From Chiloscyllium plagiosum (lineage: Eukaryota): a DNA stretch of 49,000 nt. Location of the stretch: NCBI RefSeq assembly GCF_004010195.1, contig NW_025214686.1, positions 1-49,000 of the forward strand, in the 5' to 3' direction. The notes under the pieces are model-generated. The model made no database searches. It was given only the letters and a program-made list of their open reading frames with translations, and was not told the origin of the DNA. Shown one piece after another: positions 24,590 to 37,322 of the stretch (positions are counted from its first letter, which is position 1; each line of letters opens with the position of its first letter). Made by a program: the position numbers and the translations under genes.

Positions 24590-24976
24590 CTTCCACTTTC
24601 AGACGTGTTCGATACTGTGTTTGAAACTTGCCGATATTGAGCTCCACATGACACCGATAGGGACCAGCATCCTCCCAGCTCAGTCCCTCCATCATTATTG
24701 AGGCATCTTTGTTGCTGAGGCTCCCCATGAATCTGAATCGATTCCCACCGTCCCGCTGTATCACATTCTCACACAGCTCACCCTGGGAATGGTCTGGACC
24801 AGGATATGTACACTTAAAGATTAAAGACCATGATTCCCTCTTGTACCATAAGACGGAGCCGGTGAGTGTGAGGTGAGTGTCAGGGTGGGTGAAGCTGCAG
24901 GGTAAGACAGCGGAGCCTCCTTCCTCAGCCCTCACTCCATCCACGATTGTCATTGACCAACCCTTAGCAGAAAAAG
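24590..24976 (-). CDS. Siglec-15-like Ig V-set domain exon (intact frame)
   Basis: Acceptor ctctcccctcacag|CT, donor GAAG|gtgagg, 387 bp, phase 1/1. FSAKGWSMTIVDGVRAEEGGSAVLPCSFTHPDTHLTLTGSVLWYKRESWSLIFKCTYPGPDHSQGELCENVIQRDGGNRFRFMGSLSNKDASIMMEGLSWEDAGPYRCHVELNIGKFQTQYRTRLKVE matches Siglec-15 hallmarks recalled from memory (WSM, AE.G..AVLPC.FTHP, F.C...ELC, RFR..G, Y.C.VE). Orthology not established. Confidence 0.9.
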
Positions 24977-25110
24977 CTGTGAGGGGAGAGAGAGAGAGAG
25001 AGGATATGAACACAACACAGACACCAAACAGTGAGGCAAAACACTGAATCTGTTGTATGATGAGAAAATATATCACATTCTTCAGTCATGGTTTATAAAC
25101 TAACCTGGGG

Positions 25111-25295
25111 AGAAAGTGAGGTCTGCAGATGCTGGAGGTCAGAGCTGAAAATGTGTTACTGGAAAAGCGCAGCAGGTCAGGCAGCATCCAGGGAACAGGA
25201 GAGTCGACGTTTTAGGAAGAAGGGCTTATGCCCGAAACGTCGACTCTCCTGTTCCCTGGATGCTGCCTGACCTGCTGCGCTTTTCCAGCAACACA
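25111..25295. mobile_element. Palindromic PLE-derived mini-element with hammerhead remnant, truncated by gap
   Basis: Inverted arms TGTGTT.CTGGAAAAGCGCAGCAGGTCAGGCAGCATCCAGGGAACAGGAGAGTCGACGTTT and reverse complement; core GAAGAAGGGCTTATGCCCGAAACGTC. Confidence 0.85.
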
Positions 25296-27887
25296 NNNNN
25301 NNNNNNNNNNNNNNNNNNNNNNNNNNNNNNNNNNNNNNNNNNNNNNNNNNNNNNNNNNNNNNNNNNNNNNNNNGTGTTGGACGGGGTTGGGGGGAGGCTG
25401 CGGGGCGGTGTTGATGGGGTTTGGGGGTGGGGGGTGGAGTTGGATGGGGATTGGGGGTGAGTGGGGGCGGTGGATGGGGGGATGGTGTTGAACGGGGTTC
25501 GTGGCACAGGCTGTGGAGGGCGGGGTCTCACGCGTGGTGTGCTGCTGCCTCATCTCCTGAATGGGGAGTGGACTTAACAGAAAACTCCAAGCCCCAGAGG
25601 AGAAGCATTGAATCAATTAATCGAAATAGTGCCCGCCCATCTCATTTGGATATTCAAGGTTCCTTTGTATGTGGTTTTTGCTGCTTTTCCTAGCAACCCT
25701 GAGGTGAAGCTTTCTTCTGGAGAGCTGCTTTTGCCCTGCTACTGCTTTCTGCTTGTCCACTCATGTGTTTTCAGCTGCTGGTGGATTGTCCTTCTTAAAG
25801 CAGAAATGTTCTTAAAGTGATAAATTCATTTTTTTTTCTCCTGGTACAAATTATCTTTTTTCCATCATTGCGACTTTGAGGTATTTATGTAACAATCCCA
25901 TTGCTGGCCACCATGTTGCATGCTGCAGTAGATTGTGGCTTGTGGTTAGGTAGACTGCAAACTCTAATTTTTTTCTATATCAAGTCTAAGGGCTATCGAA
26001 TTAGTGGAGGTAGAGGATGCATGATTGTTGCGTTTTGAAATGAAAGCAAAGCTATCTTAATGACAAGATGTAGTTTATTGAGTGACAGCAATGGGTACAA
26101 GAATGTTGAATAGTTATATATGATTATAAGGACTACCAGGAGCCAGAATGATACATCTATCTCCATCAGGACCTCATGTGAGACCATCCATTCTCCTCAC
26201 CATCATCAGACTGGGTGGGCACTTAGCTTCAACGTTTATTCTTTCAGAACCATTACTTTATACAGCAGTTTTAAAATGTATCTACCAACTTATTCACTAA
26301 GATTTTTATTCAGAAAGAGTAAGAACAGGACTAGCCTAATCAATCTTTTCAGCTGTTCCATCATTCTATTGGATTCTGCTAGATCTATAATTCCACTCAA
26401 AAAATGTGCTCGTAACAAACGAACATCTGATCCAGCAATTAATCTAATTCCAAATGCTAGGATAAGATATACACTGGACAAATGACTCAGGACCTGTTGT
26501 GTGTGACATCATTAGAACTTGACAATAAGAATGCTACCTTGGATTCTATCCAAGCTGTATCATGTAAGTTTGTGTACTTAATTAGAACAGTTCAACCAAA
26601 CGTTTAGTAGGGGCTTTCTGTCAAGCAAAAAAAATCTCTTCCAAGAAGCCTTCTGCAAATAAAACAGTGGTATTGTAATACAAAATGAAATTCATAACCC
26701 AAACAGGTGAACTTCATTCATTTTTGAAATCAACGGAGCCTGGATGTATAAGAAATTGCTATTGCTGAGGTTTTCAGGTTATGATAGGTCAACATTTTAC
26801 CTCAAGTTACAGAAGTGACCTATCAGCCATTGTATGATACAATTATGACACAATTTATCAGCAAGCCATTCACTCAGGGTTGTAGCTGTACATAAAGTAT
26901 ACAATTTCAGTCAAAGCTGGCCATTAAGCAAAGTTCAACCAAAGCTGATTCACATAAAACAACAATTTGGTGATTTGACACACAAATGGAAGCCTGATGT
27001 GTGGAGGTGGAGCCTTCTCTATCAATTCTGACTACGAATTAGAATGGCTGGACCAATAAGCTTTGTCAAATCGAGGTTGAATTCATTTGTAAGTACTGGC
27101 ACTGGTAAAATAAATACCATGTTGACAATACTATTTTCATGCAATTTATACTTGTCGGTTTTCAAGTATCTTTCTTAGCAGGTCAGAGGATAAATCCCTC
27201 TGACAAAACACCACCTTTATTGAAAGGAATTGAGAATAAGCTCTTTTTAAGAAACAAAAAGATGGTGAAAGATTAAAAAAATTTGTTTCCAGAGAAAGCT
27301 GAAGTATTTTTCATATATTCTCTTTCAGCAAGATATCAATTTTCCAGGGAGTTTTTCATATGGTGTATCAACAGAGAAAACTGCTTCCCTCCAATCTCTC
27401 ATACTCATTATAGTCTGCCAATCACTGCATGCTTCATGTATGCTAGTCACCTCATCAGGCAAATATGCAACCGTTTTGGGCAATGGAGTAGGAAGACAAT
27501 GGTAGTGTAAAAGGGCAGGAGGGTAGTTTGAAAGAGGGTCAACAGTTCTTTGGAGACTGAAACTATTGAGCAATTTCGGGCATGTATAGAGGAAAACGAT
27601 CACAAATTTTGTGTATTTGAGGATGGAGCATGATTTAGACCAGGAGGCTCCATAATTCCGAATTCGATTTCCTTGCCCCATCTCACATGTCATTAATTGT
27701 TAGAGCTGGATAAATTTTTTTTCGCAACTGTAATACACACAGAGGCACAGACAACACTGGGTTTTTCAATTATTGCTGAAGGTGTAGGACATTATTGATT
27801 ACATCCATGTGGACATTAAAGTAATTTATGACCAACTTATCAAATTTATATGATCATAAGACATAGGACCAGGAGTAGGTCATTGAC

Positions 27888-28226
27888 AGGAGCGGCACAG
27901 TGGTGACTAAGTGGTTAGTACTGCTGCCTCACAGCGGCAGGAGCAGTAGGGACTTGGGTTCGATTCTACCCTCGGTCAACTGTATGTGTGGCATTTGCAC
28001 ATTCCCTCTATTTCTGTGAGGCTTTCCTCCGGATGCTCTGGTTTCCTGCCTCCATCCAAAGTTGGATATATTGCCCATAGTGTCCGGGGATATGTCGGCT
28101 AGGTGGGTTAGCCATGAGAAATGCAGGGTTACAGGGATGGGGTGTTTCTGGTTGTGGTGCTCTTCAGAGAGTCGGTGTGGATTTGATGGGCCAAATGACT
28201 TGCTTCCACACTGGAGGGATTCTATG
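27888..28226 (+). mobile_element. HE1-type SINE, near full length
   Basis: tRNA-like head GGCACAGTGG...GTGGTTAGTACTGCTGCCTCACAGC..GGGTTCGATTC, V-domain GGCTTTCCTCCGGATGCTCTGGTTTCC, tail CCACACTGGAGGGATTCTATG. Confidence 0.85.
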
Positions 28227-28954
28227 TTTGCACCAAATTTTGTGGTTTTCACTATCTCTGTGTTCATTCTTTATTATTTTCATTCCTGTAACATATATCT
28301 CTCCCCTCTCCAGGTTATTGAATTCTATTTGCATTTCCTGGTCTTACATCCTGAAGTTAGGCACCTAGAATTGAACTCAGTTTCTCTTTACCCTTCTCCT
28401 ACATGTGTACATTCAGCTCAGCTGTTACTCTCCACAAGCTACTTCCCTAGAGTCCTATTATTGAACATTTATTTAGCATCTTCACAATGTCATGATGATG
28501 CAAAGAATTTCTATTAATGTAGTCACTCTTGTAACACAGGAACACCACAACAAACAATTCAGGACAATGGCTTGATGTTAGTGCTGTGCAAGAGCAACTC
28601 ACATAGCCCCATTCCATTGCCTTTTCTTCATATACTCACATTTTCCTTTTTCAACTCTTTATGCTGTTTCCTTTATGAAAATATTAATGTATGGGAGGTG
28701 AAGCTTTAAACATGGGGAGTCCATGTGATTGCAGACTCAATGTAGAAATACCAGGTGAATCTTGCAGGCAGGACAGGTGGTACAGGGTAAAGTCAGAGAA
28801 GGGAGGAGACATGGGAATTGAGGTCAATGTGTAAAATAGTAGATGAGAGGAAAGCCCATGAATGGGCTCACATTAGCAGAGGTATGGTAAGAACCAGTGA
28901 CAAATGAATAATTTGAAATCTGATTTAAAAAATGAGTACATAGAAGCCACATGG

Positions 28955-29390
28955 AGGTTGTAGCTATGAGGAGAGATTCAACAAACTTGGTTTGTTTTCA
29001 CTTAACTGTCGAGGGATGAGGGACAACCTGATAGAAGTTTACAAAATGATGAGAAGCATGGATAGAATGAATAGTCAGAATCTTCATCCCAGGGTAGAAA
29101 TGTCAATTATTAGGGGACATAGGTTTAAGGTAAAAGGGAGTAAGGTTAAAGAAGATGTGAGAGACAAATGTTTTACACAGAGGGTGCTAAGTGCCTGGAA
29201 TGTGTTGCCAGAGGTGGTGGTGGAGGTGGATACATAGCAATGTTTAAGTGGCATCTTGATAGATATACGAATAGACAAGGCAAAGAGGAATATGCCATGT
29301 AGAGAGAAAGGTTTTTAGTTTAGAAAGGCAACATGAGTCAGCAGTGTCTTGGTGGGCTGAAGGGCCTACACTGTTCTTTATTCTTTGTTC
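28955..29390 (+). mobile_element. CR1 3' fragment
   Basis: LFSLNCRGMRDNLIEVYKMMRSMDR...RGHRFKV...FTQRVLSAWNVLPE. Confidence 0.85.
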
Positions 29391-29825
29391 CAATATGATG
29401 TTACACCTCAAAGTGTCAATAAATCTGAAAAATTCCACTGCATTGCCTCCAAACTATTATCATACTATCAAAACATTTGTTAATAGATAAAATTTGGCAG
29501 ATGGGCAAATAATGTAAACGTGAGACTATGAACATTTCTTAACATGGTCTGTTTGAGCAGTTAGGAGTGCAGGTCCCAATAAAATAGCAGAATATTCCAT
29601 TGAAAGCATACATGGATGGAGTTCTGTAATTAAGTGGAAGACCTATTAGTAACACACATCGGGAACTGCAAGTGCCAAATTTCCATGTGCGCCATTTTGT
29701 TTGTAATATCATAAACCATTGGGATAATCAATGTTCAGTGCATTCTCTGATCTCATTAGGAATCTGGTTCAAGAGGATTATATTTATTATAGATGTTAAA
29801 GTGAACTTATCCTCTGTTTTTAAAG

Positions 29826-30020
29826 TTAGGATATGATGAAGAGAAGAACGATTATGTTTTCTATGGAGAATATAGTGAAAGTGAGTCTCTCCCAGTGTCA
29901 GCTCCAAAAATGCCTACTTCTCCAGAACAGGAAAAAAGAAACCGTCACAGAGCCAATGTTGTCAACGAGATCATCACCAAAGAGCGAGACTATGTCAAGA
30001 ACTTAAAGGACATCTATGAG
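29826..30020 (+). CDS. Exon of an ARHGEF4/ARHGEF9/SPATA13-family RhoGEF (linker plus start of DH domain)
   Basis: Acceptor cctctgtttttaaag|TTA, donor GAG|gtaagg, 195 bp, phase 0/0. [65 protein letters not shown] matches the family motif [24 protein letters not shown] and, as recalled, its exon boundary. Not in the ORF track. Confidence 0.85.
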
Positions 30021-30072
30021 GTAAGGAGCAGTTTCTTTTATGTGTGAGATTGCATTGATTTTGTTCCTAGGC

Positions 30073-30230
30073 AAAAGTGAGGACCACAGATGATGGAGAT
30101 CAAAGTCTAGATTAGAGTGGTGCTGGAAAAGCACAACAGGTCAGACAGCATCCGAGGAGCAGGAAAATTTATGTTCCGGGCAAAAGCCATTCATCAGGAA
30201 TGAGGCAGGGAGCCTCCGTGGTGGAGAGAA
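30073..30230 (-). mobile_element. PLE-derived short repeat with decayed hammerhead
   Basis: Minus strand ATTCCTGATGAATGGCTTTTGCCCGGAACAT...GGATGCTGTCTGACCTG. Confidence 0.8.
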
Positions 30231-31788
30231 GGACTTTATTCCTGCCACTTTTTCCGTCCTCTGCCATAAAAGGGTATGGGAAGAATTTTTGTCTTGTGGT
30301 GGGAGTTGGTGATGGGTGAGATTGTTGGATTCCACTCATCACTTGGGTCATGTTCTGGAGATAGTATGGCCCACATCTACATATTGTGCAATGTCTTACA
30401 ATGTCCATCCACCTACTTGCTTTGGCAGCTGCTCGATGTCCAAGACAATTTGATGTTATCCCTCGCATTGATTGAATTTGAAAAAAACTCACGGCCTGGT
30501 CAGGTCTCTACTTGCTCTCAGATATCACCCTGCAGTTTCACAATAATGTTTCCCATGATGGCAAGAAAAGAATGCAGCTCCGCTCTAAGGTCTGACCAAG
30601 CCCATAATCACCTTCAGTAATGTTCAGGTATTCATCTCCTAATCAGCGAGCTGCCTTAAAGGGAGCACACATCATGCTCACAATACTGCTCCCTCAAATA
30701 AATAAGTGGTATCCTGAAGGCTTAATCCTTTACTTACTCCCCCAATCTGCCATTGCTCTTAACCTCTCCAGCATGGATCACTCATCTCTGAGAACTCACT
30801 CTCTTGAAATTACTGACTTACTGATAATACAGGCAGTAACACAATGGAAATACTAGTGAGGCTAGACCTACTCTGGAGACATTGAATTATGGCATTCCCA
30901 TTCTAGATTCGTTTTGGCCCCACATTCAAAATCAAGGGCATCTCACAAACATTTGGGCGATCTCCAGCATCCTCTTTCCTTCTGTGTTGCAGACAAGAAC
31001 AATCACCTGACAGAGACACTACAGGAAACAGTGCCTCAAACTGCAATGGCTATCTGGAACTGAGTGATAATTAATATGCAAGTCTTTCTGCAACTCATTA
31101 AAAATTGTTATTTAAAATCTTTGCATATGGAGAATATTCCTAGTGATCTTGCAACTTTGAATAATGTGCAAATCAGTTTGGATATGTGGCTGGCACTGTT
31201 GTAGGTTTGAAGGACTGGGACAGATATTGGAATGACTGTTACATGAGGGGAATGCAAATTCTGCAAGTTCGGTTCAGTTCAGTGAATTTCTGCCAAGGAG
31301 ATCAAGTTGCAAAACTTTGGCTCCTTTCACTTTGTTGAATTCCCTCTCCCTTCACTCTGTTGAGAGAACTTCATCCAACAGCAGCATACGGATTTCTCTC
31401 CTTGAAGAGCAAAATTAAGCAATATGCAGCAAATGAGTCAAATCATATCAAATATAACAATAGCTTGAATATAAATAGTGCCATTAATAAAGTAAAATTG
31501 TTCCAAGACACTTCACGAGCTTGACATTAAATAATATTTGACCCCAATGCACAGCAGAGATATTCTGGCAGATGACTCAAAGCTTGCTCAAGAAAGTTTG
31601 GAATAATCTCTGAAAGAAAAAGGTAGAAGTAGAGAGTTCACAAAAGAGGGCGGTAATTCTAGATTTTAAGGCTGAGAAAGTCTGAACACCATGGTAGGGC
31701 ATTTAAAATTGGAAATTCTCAACACATCAGAATTAATTGAAATTGGAGAGCACAGTGATGGCAGGGCTGAGGAAACCTACAGGTATAG

Positions 31789-32481
31789 TGTTATGAAGGT
31801 GTAAAAGTGTACTGTACCTTTAAGAGAATAAAGGACTTGGCAAGCACATTGAGTGCTAGAGAATTTACAATGTTACATTTGATTCAGAACAGATAGCACT
31901 GACTGAGTTGCTATGAGGAAAAAACAAATTTGAATTCGTCCAAACAGTTTACATTATACCCCGAAAATACCAGATTCCAATCAAGTTTGATTTAGTATAT
32001 TGACAATCTCAAAAGCCAATGACATAATCCGATGCTTTGGGCGTAAAAGACCAAGGAAGATCAAACAGTTAGGAGGAGAACTGCCAAGCCAGCATCTGCA
32101 AACTGCCCAGAGAATAGGTCTCTTAAAGGCATCTTTATCGAACAGTAACCTGTGGAGCTGAATCCCCAAGAAGAAGAAAAAAAGACAGGAACATAGAGAA
32201 GAACGGAAAGCTGCCTGGTTTTGAGATAAGAAGTATAAGAAATCTTAATCGGGGGTTTTATCGGACCAGTATTATAGAAAGGAAGTTAAAAGATAGGTTA
32301 GAGGAAGAAGTTGTAAATAGTTGTTAGTTATTTATCTTTCTTATACTTTAAGAAATAAAGTTCTTAGTTTTTACTTTAAATGGTTCTTGGCCTCTCGAAC
32401 TTTCACAGATTACTGCATGGGATAAATCTTTTCTGTTTGCTGGTTTTAAATTAGCAAAGGGGTTTACCCCATGTCGTAACA
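31789..32481 (+). repeat. 5' LTR of Gmr1-like element
   Basis: TGTTATGAAGGTGTA...GTCGTAACA, homologous to 37323-37999. Confidence 0.95.
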
Positions 32482-33105
32482 GTTTGGGGGCTCGTCATTG
32501 GGAATGGAACTGTTTTAGACAGATTTGAGCAGATTTGGGTGTACGAAAAGTCTCAGCAGATTTAAACACTTGCGGGTGAGTGAACTTTAAATAAAACATA
32601 GGTGAGAGAACTTGTTTAATTTCGGTGACGTGTGGCTGATTAAATTAAAAGTGAGAGAAATGGCTCTTAAAATTGCTAAAATGTTTCTGGATTTGAAGAT
32701 GATTCTCAAATTTGCCAAGAAAGTTTAGAAGGAAAGAAAAAGGCTATACTTTTTGAATTAGCAAATAAGTTAGATTTGGGTTTAACCAAGGCCAAAAGTA
32801 AAGCCAAAGTTGTAACCAATCAAACACCAAGGTGTGTTAAAGAAACAAACAAGTGTAGTAGAGGTAGAAAAACTTAAATTACAATTGAGGAAAATGGAGA
32901 TAGAAGATAAACAAAGGGAGAGAAAAAGAGAAAAAGTGAGAAGAGAGAGACAGAGAGAGAGAGGAAAAAGAGCAAGAGAGTAGGTTCTTTGCTGAGCAAA
33001 GACAGAGAGAAGACAGGGAGGGAGAGAGAGAATTTGAACTTGAGAAGTTGCAACTTAGACAGCAAAGTCAAGATAACAGAACAGAGATTAAAAGAGAAGG
33101 TGATA

Positions 33106-33148
<43 letters not shown>

Positions 33149-36100
33149 CTGCCGCATTTTCTTGAGAAAGATGTTGAAGTCTTCTTTATTTCATTTGAAA
33201 ATTTGGCTAGGCAGATGGCGTGGTCTGAGGATTTATGGGTAATGCTCATTCTAAACTGGTGGCAGAGCTAGTGATGTATTTGCTGCGCTGTCAGAAGAGC
33301 TTACACAGGCTATTTTAAGTGCTTATGAATTGGCACCAGAAGCATATAGACAGCAGTTCATAAACACAAAGAATGTTGATTTTGAAAGAATTAAACATAG
33401 TAATTTTGATCAATGGGTGAGTGCTTTGAAAATAGATAAGACCTTTGAGGCTCTAAGAGAGATTATTCTGCTGGAGGAGTTTAAAAACACTCTTCAAAGA
33501 GGGTAAGAATTCACGTGGAGGAACAGAAAGTTCAGGAAGTGAGATTGACAGAAATAGCAGATGAGTACATCTTGGTATATAAGACAAGCTTCCAGCTAGA
33601 ATTTTGTTCTGTGAGATATAGAAGTTGGGAGAAGAGGAAATCCTACACTATGAAACCAAGAGTAGAGAGCACTGGTAAGAATTTACCACAAGATAAAAAA
33701 GAAGCCCAAGAGGGTGGACAGGAGGTGAAAAGCCTCAGATGTTTCCACTGTGGTAAAGTGGGACATGTAAAGCCACAGTGCTGGTCGTTAAGGACAGGCA
33801 CTGTGGGAAAAGATGTGATAAAAGAAGCTAAACCAGTGACATTAGCAAAGATAGTAAAAGAGACCCCAAGATGACCCAAGGAGCTGCAGGAGAGTGCACA
33901 GCCTAGGCAGGGGCTGGGTATGGAGTTAGTACCTGATCTCGACAAAGAATTCGCCTTTATGGGTAAAGTTTAATCAGAAAGAACAGGGGGAGAAGGACAA
34001 GAAGTCATAACTTTGAGAGATACAGAATCTAACCAATGGCCGATTGTAAGAGATGAGTAATTATGCACTCTTTCTGACTTGTTACCCGAGAGTATGGTAA
34101 TTTGTGGGATAGATGGACAGAAATTTAGCATTCCCCTATGTAAGATCAAGTTGGAGTGCCAACTCAAGACTGGGGAAGTTATAGTGGGAGTGATTGATAG
34201 AATGTCAGTTCCAGGAATTCAGTTTGTTCTTGGAAGTGATTTGGCAGGATCCAAGGTGAGAGTAAAACCCCTTGTTGTCGGGAAGTCCAAGAAACTGAGT
34301 GGTATTTTCCCAGACTGTGTGGTAACCAGATCCCACTATCATAAGTCACAGCATGAAGCTTAAAGTAAAGGAAAATATTGACAGAGTTGAGGTCCAGTTA
34401 GCAGATACTCTTGGCGTAATGGTGCAGGAAAAACCTGAATAGACAGGTCAGACAGAAGTGTTTACTCCTGAAAGGCTAAGATACAGCAAGACATGGCAAT
34501 AAAAGATATATATATATAGTCTGAAAAGGAAGCAGATAATATTCCAGAGGGTTATTATCTGAACGATAGAATCCAAAGATAGAATTGGAGACCACGGCAG
34601 GTTAGTGCAGAGGAGAAGTGGACCGAAGTGCACCAGATGTGTTGCCGGTAGCATACATACACGAGGTATTACGGGTAGCACATGAATTACCTGTAGGAGG
34701 TCACCTAGGGGTACAAAAGACTCAGGCTGATGTACAAAAACATTTTTCTTGGCCTGGAATGCACAAGGATGTGGCTAATTTTTGCTGTATGTGTCATACA
34801 TGCCAAACGGTAGGCCAGCCACAGGTCAAACAAACCAACACCTTTGTTGCCAACTTCCGCACTTAAAGAACCTTTTGCGCTGCTTGTAACTGACTGAACT
34901 AAAGGTGGGAGCCAGTGCTTGTTAATCATAATGGATGTGTCTACAAAATTTCTGGAGGCAATTCCATTACGGAGTATCAAGGCAAAAAAGGTGAGAGAGG
35001 GGCTAGTAGTTTTCTTCACACGGTATTGGCTACACGGTATGAGATTCAGTCAGACCAAGGGTCAAATTATACTGCTAGGCTGTTTAAGAAGAATATGGAT
35101 AGCTTAGGTAAACAGCACTTTAAATCCAGTGCATATCATTCTGAATCCCAGGCATCAAACTTTGAAGACCATGTTGACAGCATACTGTCAGAACCCCCTG
35201 AATGATTGGGATAAAGGTATCCCATTCATATTGTTTATCATTAGCGATGCCCCAAATGAATCTACTCAGTTCACTCCTTTCGAGTTAATATGCAGTCATG
35301 AAGTGAGAGGCCCTTTGAAATTAATTTTTAAAAATTGACAGGACCAAAGTTGGAGATCTCACATTTAGATTATATATCAGAGGTGAGGGAGAGACTAAAT
35401 CAAGTAGGTGAGTTAGCTAAACAGCACCGAAAGAGGACACAGTATAGAATGAAACAGTGGCAGATAAAAGCTCTGAGACTTGGCTGTTTTCTGGAGGGGT
35501 TAATGTGTTAGTACTGTCACCAGTGATAGGAGATCCCTTCAAAGCCAGGTTTAGTGGTCCGTGCCAAATCGAGACAAAGTTGAGTCAGGGTGAGCTATCT
35601 AGTAAAGATGCCAGATAGAAAAAAATGGTATCAAGTATATAATCTGAACATGTATTAAAATAGAGAGAAAGAACTGGAGAACTGGAGCTACTGCCCTGCA
35701 GAGTGTGGAATCAAATCCAGATGATGTGGATTTTGAGGTGCCTCAAAATAGATTAAAAAATGAAGTCCTTGAGGAGTGGGATAGGGTAGTAAGCTATCTG
35801 TCTCAGGGGCATAGAATGCAGTTGAAAGATTTATTACTACCATATAAGAACATATGAAAGAATCAGATGGGGGGGGCTAATGCTATTGTACATGAAGTAG
35901 ATGTAGGGAATACTGCTCTGATAAAACAACATCCCTATTGGCTTAATCCTTTCAAAGTCAGACAGGTCCAGATGGAGGCGGAGGCCATGCTCGACGAGGA
36001 CATCATCAAACCAAGCCAGAGTGAGTGCAGTTCGCTTCTCATCTTAGTTCCCAAACCGGCAGGACTCAACAAATCTGCATGGATTATCGGATAGTCAACA

Positions 36101-37322
36101 TTGTTACAAAATCGGACTCATATCCAATTTATAGAGTGGAGGACTGTATCGAGAAAGTCAAACAAGCCAGTTACATCACCAAGTAGGACTTAATGTGTGG
36201 TTCCTGGCAGGTACCTTTATCAGAGGTTGCGAAAGAAATTTCTACGTTTGTAACCCCAAATGGCGTATATCAGTTTAAAGTGATGCCCTTTGGAATGAAG
36301 AACACACCCAACACATTCCAAAGACTCATCAACAGAGTTATGGCTGGGTTAACAATCTGTGCAGTCTATTTGGACAATGTAGTGATCTTTAGTAAGTCCT
36401 GGAAAGATCATATGGTACAGTTGGCAGAGCTCTTTGAATGACTACGAGAAACAAAACTGGTGATAAACTTAAAATGGAATTCGCGAAAACAGAGGTGATG
36501 TTCTTGAGACATCAGTCATGGAGGGCTGATCCCATGGAATGCAAAGATGAAGGAGCCGAGGAATTTCTACAACTGACCTCGAAGAAAGAGGTGCTTCGAT
36601 TCTTAGGATTCAATGGATTTGATCGGAAGTTTGTTCCAAACGTCAGCAGTGTAGTTGCACGTTAACCGATTTGCTGAAGAAGAACACAAAGTTTCAGTGG
36701 ACAGAACCATACCAGGAGGCACTCGATCATTTGAAATCCATATTAACCTCCAAACCAGTTTTAGCTACACTAAACTTTTCAAAATCTTTTAAAGTCGCCA
36801 TCGATGCTAGTGACATAGGAGTTGGAGCTGTACTCCTATAGGAAGATGAGGATGGGATTGAACTGCCAGTTGGTTACTTTCCAAAGAAGAGCAACATCCA
36901 CCAAAGGGAATACTCCACAATCGAAAAGGAACTATTGAGTGTGGTACTGGTCTTACAACATTTTAATGAGTATGTCACAAACAATGTGTTGGATTCGGTT
37001 GTGTACATGGATCACAGTGCTCTTTCATTCTTAGGATGGTTTAAAGACAAGAATATGAGACTATTTCATTGGAGTTTTATGTTACAGACTTTTAATTTAA
37101 AAATCATACATGTTGCGGATCGTAAGAATGTAACTGCAGGTGCATTATCATGGATTTACCTGATAAAGTTTAGATGAGATTTGTATTCATTTAATTTTAT
37201 TTATATACAGTTATATGGGAAGAAGTTAAGGTGAACTTAGATTAAAGTTATCTTTTTGTTAGGGTAATACATTTAAAGAATAGGAAGAGAAATGAAGCCA
37301 TCTTTTTTCTTAAGGGAGGAGA

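Noticed and set aside
25532-25640. Candidate leader exon for the Siglec-like gene
   Set aside because: No convincing hydrophobic signal peptide ending at a phase-1 donor, and it lies beyond a gap.
26120-26485. Overlapping ORFs in non-repetitive DNA
   Set aside because: No recognisable domain or consistent splice sites.
27888-27975. tRNA gene
   Set aside because: tRNA-derived SINE head; no complete cloverleaf.
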